DNA from: a virus
Length of the DNA: 64,000 bases
Virus record (IMG/VR): IMGVR_UViG_3300034103_002674
Location: 6,301-70,300 of that record
Reading direction: 5' to 3' (one strand)
Under the pieces are notes generated by a model that saw nothing but the letters and a program-made list of their open reading frames with translations, made no database searches and was not told the DNA's origin. Positions 58,782 through 64,000 of this stretch are shown here, one piece after another (within the stretch, counting starts at the first letter, position 1; every line of letters starts with the position of its first letter). Both the position numbers and the translations under genes were made by a program.

Positions 58782-59726
58782 ATGTCGGCTTCTAATAAGG
58801 CTTTCTGGGATTCGTGCTTTCTTCTTGCCCGCAGGCATGGCGCGCGTTTCCCAGAACTTGCTGCGGCACAATGCTGTTTAGAAAGTGGTTTTGGCAAGCA
58901 TACTTCTGGCACCCATAACTATCTAGGCTTAAAAGGAGATGGCACTAGAACCACCACTCAAGAATGGTACGATGGTCAATGGGTGACAATTAAAGCAGGC
59001 TTCCTTGACTTCCCAAGTCTTTCTGCTTGCATTGAATATCTCATCACGCGATGGTATAAAGATTATCGTCAGTTCAAGGGCGTCAATAATGCGCCCAATC
59101 GTTACGCAGCGGCACGCATGCTCAAGGAGCAATCGTACGCCACTGATCCAGAATATCCTGCAAAGCTTTCAAAGCTTATGAAGGAATATGCTCCAGAAAC
59201 CACACAATTTACAATGATCGGCCCTAAAAAACGTCCTCAAGATTTTGGTTTTAAAGCTGGTGATTCGCATTTAGTTGTGAACGATGCAGTGGAGACCATG
59301 AAAGCTTTTTCATTTGAAGGAAAGCTCTTGTGGGAAATCCCCTGTCTTGCTCGTGGACAATATAGTGATTTTGAATGGAAAATCACCAACTCTGATACGC
59401 CGCCTGGTCTGTACAAAGTCGGCGCCATTTACAAAGATTATGAAAGTGATGAGCCAAATCCCCCTTTCAATCGAACATTAATGGCATATGGTTGGTACAG
59501 CTTTGACATGATTGATCTAGAAGGTCAAGAAAGGAACAATGGCAGAGCAGGAATCATGCTGCATGGTGGAGGTTCAGCAAATGGATGGCCAGGCGCATGG
59601 GCTCCTAAGCAGCCATTAGTTCCCACTCATGGTTGCATTAGGGCTTTTAATATTGATCTTCGTGATAAAGTTTTACCATTGACAAAACAAGGCGCGGTTT
59701 ATATTTCTGTTTGGCAAGAAGGATGA
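58782..59726 (+). CDS. Endolysin: GH73 glucosaminidase-like plus L,D-transpeptidase (YkuD)-like domain
   Basis: 'AAQCCLESGFG...NYLGLKG...YATDPEY'; C-terminal 'TPPG.Y...IMLHGG...THGCIR'. Confidence 0.88.
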   Translation: MSASNKAFWDSCFLLARRHGARFPELAAAQCCLESGFGKHTSGTHNYLGLKGDGTRTTTQEWYDGQWVTIKAGFLDFPSLSACIEYLITRWYKDYRQFKGVNNAPNRYAAARMLKEQSYATDPEYPAKLSKLMKEYAPETTQFTMIGPKKRPQDFGFKAGDSHLVVNDAVETMKAFSFEGKLLWEIPCLARGQYSDFEWKITNSDTPPGLYKVGAIYKDYESDEPNPPFNRTLMAYGWYSFDMIDLEGQERNNGRAGIMLHGGGSANGWPGAWAPKQPLVPTHGCIRAFNIDLRDKVLPLTKQGAVYISVWQEG

Positions 59727-60127
59727 GCCGCGAAAGCTGGTTTAATGCACTTTGCTACGAAGCAGGATTGTGGGCCGTTTCACGATGGCCCTCTCTTGCT
59801 TTTAATGCATGGTTCAAACTGCTCATGGCGCATTGTCGTCCGGATTGGGCAGAATGGAAAACCAAAATTGTCATGGAGAAAGTAGACGAACAGGCGGCAG
59901 TATTAGTGAAACAATGGGAGAAAGATGAAAGAGAAGCAAAAGCAAATGCATTAGCGGAGAAAGCTCGCTCCCTTTATCCCGAAGCTAAAGTGACGCCCCT
60001 TCCCGACGCTATTGTTCCGTCTGTTCTCATTGAAACAGCCCCGCCGGCGGACGCTAGCGAGGCTGTAAAGGCACTAGGGGGAGAACTGCGAATTACGTAC
60101 CAGCTTCCCAGCTCAGAAGCGCCCTAA
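59724..60127 (+). CDS. Hypothetical protein (lysis region)
   Basis: MSRESWF..., overlapping the endolysin stop. Confidence 0.55.
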
Positions 60128-60296
60128 GGCGCTTCCACTTAGCCAGCTCCTTCTCGTGGTAGTCTTCCCAGCTAGCAATAGCTTCACTTAATCCTTTAAT
60201 GGCGACAGCGGGATCATCGTCAACGAGAAGCTCTTGAAAAGCATCAGAGATGTGATCCACTTGCTGTTGATACCATTGATCCTTGAAGGCATCCAT
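60093..60296 (-). CDS. Hypothetical protein
   Basis: 67-aa ORF. Confidence 0.5.
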   Translation of the reverse strand: MDAFKDQWYQQQVDHISDAFQELLVDDDPAVAIKGLSEAIASWEDYHEKELAKWKRLRALLSWEAGT

Positions 60297-60329
60297 GGAA
60301 GGAAAGACAGGAGCCCCTAGCTTAGATGG

Positions 60330-61553
60330 TCAAACCACTTCCACCCAGCCAATCATGCCTAAAGCTTTGGCGCTTAAGCTGCTGTCTACAGTAAGAATTA
60401 AAGTGTCGCTAACGCCAGAGGCATTTTGCCCAAGCGCTAAGCGAATGGCTTCCGCCACTGCATAGTTATTGGCACTACCTTGGCTAACAAAGCCAGAATC
60501 AATTACAGTGCCTCCCGTGGCAGTGCCACTTGTCGTCACTTCTACATTGCCTCTACCATTATTGGCTGCGCTCCAAGTAACGCCAGAAAGCGTAGGGTTC
60601 AACCGTAGTCGCCACAACACTACGTCACTAGAAGCAGTGGTAGTAGAGATCCTCACGGGAAGAATGACATTACCAGTGCGACCGCTGGCCATGCGAATAC
60701 CAGCAGTAATGCGTTCTCCAGAAGTGTTGGGTACTGTTGAAAGATCAAGCCCCACTGAATAAATTGCACCATCTGGCTCGTAGCCGCCTTCGCTTAGCAG
60801 GCTGCAACATACGTGCTTCATTGTTGCTGAAGACGCTTGAGCGGAAGCATTATGAATGCGATAGGACAATGGCAAAATAGCTGTTGTCATATAAACACTA
60901 TCCAATGCGTTGAAATGTTCAAACTCATGGCAATAAACTATCTCCCCGGCAATAACAAAACCACATCTAACACGCCCTGCTCCTAACCATTCCAGATCAG
61001 CGGTAAAAATTTGTGCTTTAGTAAAATCAAGAGAATCCAGCGTATTAATATTCCAATCGCTTTGATTTACCACGTCTTCATTAATGGTGCCAGATGCGTA
61101 GCTTCTAATGACAAACTGCACCGTGGTACCACTGGCGCGTAACATCACACCATTCTGGTCGTTGAAAATTCCTACTTCCTGAATAAGACCAGAAGCAAGC
61201 GGAGCACCAACAAAGCTTTGCAAAAGCATCATGCTTTTGCCCGCCTGATACGGGAAATTCTGTTTGGTACGACGAAGAACAGTGTCTCCCGATGCAGTGG
61301 TAGTGCTCATTGCAACACTACTTTGATGCGTCAAGAATGTAGAAGTGCCACTGCCAACAATGCTGTCGAACCATTGATCAGGACGCTTGTCATAGCGCAT
61401 TGTGCTATCAAAAAGCGTATAAGGAGCACTCGTGCGCTGCCTCCCAAAAGCATCTACACTGCCGCTATCTGGTCCTTTTTGTAAAATCTTTCCCCGATAA
61501 TCTGCTTCAATATGAGTTTCAAACTGTTCACCGCCTGCAATAATTTGTCCCAT
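60330..61553 (-). CDS. Beta-rich putative virion protein (lectin-like fold)
   Basis: 'DAFGR.R.S.P.TLFDS...YQAGKS...DLEWLG.G.VR.GF...LPLSY.I'; Ser/Thr-rich. Confidence 0.65.
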   Translation of the reverse strand: MGQIIAGGEQFETHIEADYRGKILQKGPDSGSVDAFGRQRTSAPYTLFDSTMRYDKRPDQWFDSIVGSGTSTFLTHQSSVAMSTTTASGDTVLRRTKQNFPYQAGKSMMLLQSFVGAPLASGLIQEVGIFNDQNGVMLRASGTTVQFVIRSYASGTINEDVVNQSDWNINTLDSLDFTKAQIFTADLEWLGAGRVRCGFVIAGEIVYCHEFEHFNALDSVYMTTAILPLSYRIHNASAQASSATMKHVCCSLLSEGGYEPDGAIYSVGLDLSTVPNTSGERITAGIRMASGRTGNVILPVRISTTTASSDVVLWRLRLNPTLSGVTWSAANNGRGNVEVTTSGTATGGTVIDSGFVSQGSANNYAVAEAIRLALGQNASGVSDTLILTVDSSLSAKALGMIGWVEVV

Positions 61554-61612
61554 GATAATGCTGTCTTTCTTGTATTGTAGGAGCAAAAAGAAAGGGCCTT
61601 TCGGCCCCTTGT

Positions 61613-61750
61613 TTATTTGCCTTGTCCTTTGCGGAGTTTGCGTCCGTGACTGGCTTTGCTATTTTTGCCATTACCTTGCCTAGTAGTTTTAGGCTTGCCA
61701 GGTGTAAACAGCTTTTGCCCGCTGATGCCAATTTTGCTTTTAGAGGCCAT
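61613..61750 (-). CDS. Small basic protein (45 aa)
   Basis: Hand-translated MASKSKIGISGQKLFTPGKPKTTRQGNGKNSKASHGRKLRKGQGK; followed by a hairpin terminator. Confidence 0.6.
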   Translation of the reverse strand: MASKSKIGISGQKLFTPGKPKTTRQGNGKNSKASHGRKLRKGQGK

Positions 61751-61775
61751 TGCTAAAAATCAATTCTTGCACAGT

Positions 61776-62306
61776 TTAAGCCATGTTTTCGTCTGTTAAA
61801 CCGACATCCTCAGCAGGCTCTAATTCAACAGAAGGAGGAGTGGGGGCATAAGGACTACTAGGCCAAATGGGGTAGTCCTGTCCAGTGACGTAAGCAGCTA
61901 ACGCATCGGTATCAATGGTTTCTTTAATTGCTGCAACTTTTGAACCAGCCGCTAGGCGAATATCTTCACGCCAAGTTTTTAACAATGGATCGGCAATTTT
62001 ACCATTATCAGCTTCACGAATAATAATCCAGTCGGTGGGAGCCAAAATAGAGTTGGCAGTGGTGCGGGTTTGCTGAGACCATAATTCAATAAGCTGGCCA
62101 TGATCCTTTGGAATGGCATGTCCCTCATTGTCCCATCCCCAATAAAAGCGCTGATCTGGCGGAGCCGGTGGGTCAGCTACTTCCGTAATGCCGACTGCAG
62201 CCTTGTCTTCTGGCGATGAAAGTCGAAGCCAATTGGCGGGTAAAAGCAGCCCGTCTAAGTTAAGAGGGGTGTCAAGGGGTAATGGCCGGCCTTTGTAAAC
62301 AAACAT
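61776..62306 (-). CDS. Tail fibre assembly chaperone-like protein
   Basis: 'PANWLRLSSPED..AVGITEV.D....DQRFYW...LAPTDW.IIR......WRE.IR'. Confidence 0.7.
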   Translation of the reverse strand: MFVYKGRPLPLDTPLNLDGLLLPANWLRLSSPEDKAAVGITEVADPPAPPDQRFYWGWDNEGHAIPKDHGQLIELWSQQTRTTANSILAPTDWIIIREADNGKIADPLLKTWREDIRLAAGSKVAAIKETIDTDALAAYVTGQDYPIWPSSPYAPTPPSVELEPAEDVGLTDENMA

Positions 62307-62380
62307 TGTTACGAATTGTGGCGAACCTTCCGGTCGGAAGCGCTTTGCTGTATTGTAGCCAGATTGTTCGTCTTTTCCTC

Positions 62381-63232
62381 GTGAACAGTTTGTATGACGC
62401 CTGGCTTCAATTTAAAAAAGAACGGTCAATTACTCTGTGCCCAACTAGTCTAACTTCGGACTATGTGGTGGTTGACAAATGGCTTAAAAATTGCCCAGAG
62501 CAAAATCTTTTGAAAGGACGATTGATTATGACGTGGGTATTACAGCAACAACCAATTAAAACAAGCAGGCGTGTTGCAATGTACGTCAAAAGTCTGTATC
62601 GCTGGGCTTGCAATGAGGATATTGCACTAATTGACCGCAACCCAATTTCTTCTTTTCGGATGCCAAAACCTCCTCAAGAAGACGAAGAAATTATTGTTAT
62701 ACCAAGAAAGGAAGTACCTATTGTTCTAATTGCTTTGGAGGGGCGAGGTCGTCGTCCTTCTTCTAATTGGTCTGCTTATTCTGAATTCATGCTACAAACG
62801 GCGATGAGAACGGGAGAGGTGAGGGCGCTTAGGTGGGATGACATCAAAGAAAACAAGATTCTTGTGCATTCAAACTATACGCTTACACATGGCCTAAAGG
62901 CATCAACCAAGACAAACAAAAAACGCTGGGTTCCTCTTAACAACCGCTGTCAAGATATTTTATCTAGCGTGAGCAAGGTCAATGAATATATATTTCCTTA
63001 CAATCGTTATGCTTACCAAAGCTATTTTTATGATCGAATGAAAGAACTGCATAATGCAGGATTAACCGAGCATCGTTATCGCCCTTACGATCTTCGTCAT
63101 ACAGCAATATCTCGTTGGATTGAAGCTCAAATTCCAGTGGCCCAAGTCGCCGCCTGGGCCGGTAACAGTTCAGAGGTTATTTGGAAACATTATTGCAATG
63201 TCACGCAAGAATACGAAATCCCTGAGTTGTAA
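62381..63232 (+). CDS. Tyrosine recombinase / integrase
   Basis: 'TAMRTGEV.AL.W.D', 'TKT.K.R.VPL', 'YDLRHT', 'AGNS', 'HY'. Confidence 0.88.
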   Translation: MNSLYDAWLQFKKERSITLCPTSLTSDYVVVDKWLKNCPEQNLLKGRLIMTWVLQQQPIKTSRRVAMYVKSLYRWACNEDIALIDRNPISSFRMPKPPQEDEEIIVIPRKEVPIVLIALEGRGRRPSSNWSAYSEFMLQTAMRTGEVRALRWDDIKENKILVHSNYTLTHGLKASTKTNKKRWVPLNNRCQDILSSVSKVNEYIFPYNRYAYQSYFYDRMKELHNAGLTEHRYRPYDLRHTAISRWIEAQIPVAQVAAWAGNSSEVIWKHYCNVTQEYEIPEL

Positions 63233-63237
63233 AGCAT

Positions 63238-63261
63238 AAAAAGAGGCCTTTAGGCCTCTTT
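63238..63261. terminator. Bidirectional terminator
   Basis: AAAAAGAGGCCT-TT-AGGCCTCTTT between convergent genes. Confidence 0.7.
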
Positions 63262-63271
63262 GAGAAGGTGA

Positions 63272-63541
63272 CTACTGGGCTTCAAGCTGGTCAGCGATGG
63301 CAAGGAGTTCTTGTCTCACATCATTTGTTTTTGAAAACAGTGCCCACGCATAACCGAAGTCAATGGTTGGGCCAAGGGATTCCTCTGTAGGCTCTGGTTG
63401 CCACGGAGCCACCTGATCCGCAGCAGCTCGCAAGACGGCGGCAACGCATTGATAATCCCTCTGCAGAGGGCCATCTAGCCAGCCACAGTTATCCATGTAG
63501 GCATTTAGAACTGCTTCTGCAGCGGGTGAAAGTTCAGACAT
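63272..63541 (-). CDS. Hypothetical phage protein
   Basis: 'LSPAAEAVL.A...AAVLRAAADQV...LLAIADQLE'. Confidence 0.65.
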   Translation of the reverse strand: MSELSPAAEAVLNAYMDNCGWLDGPLQRDYQCVAAVLRAAADQVAPWQPEPTEESLGPTIDFGYAWALFSKTNDVRQELLAIADQLEAQ

Positions 63542-63555
63542 AGAAGTGGAAGCGA

Positions 63556-63885
63556 CTACTCGTTGTCAGGGAGTTGTTCAAGGGCGCGGCGAACAACGTC
63601 AGCAACATCTGCTGCTATACGATAATCAGCAACAGCGGTGTCAACTGCAAGTAACGCTTGTTCCTTCAAGCTCGGCGGCTTGGGGCGGCGGTCAATGCGG
63701 AGTCTGCTGATGACTGCTCCGTAACCATTGAGCATCAGCCACTCACCGCACGCCTGCAGCTCAACGTCTGCTCCTGCTCTGTAAATATCTTCAAACATTG
63801 CATAGAGTGATCTCCCTGCTTCAAACTGTTCTGACCACCTCTGGATCAGCTCCGGCGGCGGGGTGATGGGGTGTTGTTGTGTCAT
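63556..63885 (-). CDS. Hypothetical phage protein
   Basis: 'HPITPPPEL...GAD.EL.AC..WL...RRPKPPSLKEQAL...RALEQLPD'. Confidence 0.65.
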   Translation of the reverse strand: MTQQHPITPPPELIQRWSEQFEAGRSLYAMFEDIYRAGADVELQACGEWLMLNGYGAVISRLRIDRRPKPPSLKEQALLAVDTAVADYRIAADVADVVRRALEQLPDNE

Positions 63886-64000
63886 GGGTGATTAGTGGTA
63901 ATGGCTACCAGCGGCGCCAAGGGTCCGCTGCCAGCACAGAGTACCACGCCGGTCAACCCTTGGCCGCTGCATAAGTCTTGTTCACTACTAGGCCGCTCGT

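Noticed and set aside
1-64000. Stop-codon reassignment, reverse transcriptase (DGR/retron) or photosynthesis genes
   Set aside because: Core genes are intact in the standard code, the tRNA anticodon is TAA (Leu) and not a suppressor, and no RT, psbA or hli motifs were seen in this window.

Overview
This window is about 64 kb of a long-tailed (siphovirus-type) dsDNA phage genome. The host is most likely a picocyanobacterium (Synechococcus/Cyanobium type), inferred from a short cyanophage-type class I RNR, ThyX, a glutamine-II-like riboswitch ahead of a DUF4278 peptide, and NtcA- and RpaB-like boxes. Layout: 1-17.3 kb holds the tail and head genes (- strand). 18.5-24.4 kb is a seven-gene sugar-synthesis and glycosyltransferase cassette inserted inside the head module. 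24.4-29.1 kb holds a gpF-like gene and the portal, divergent from the large terminase. 29.4-35.3 kb holds tRNA-Leu, the riboswitch, candidate structured ncRNAs, a phosphoesterase, RNR and an HNH gene. 35.5-38.4 kb is a GC- and GGCC-rich island bounded by Fur-box-like palindromes and ending in a dense cluster of palindromes and host regulator boxes. 38.5-48.7 kb holds small early-type genes with sigma70 promoters. 49-57.8 kb covers replication, recombination and nucleotide metabolism. 58.4-64 kb holds lysis genes, a fibre chaperone and a tyrosine recombinase. The best leads are the head-embedded glycosylation cassette, the GGCC island (a possible first-injected or terminal region), a second programmed -1 frameshift in a head gene, and four candidate structured RNAs. 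All family calls are motif recognition by eye; no database searches were run.
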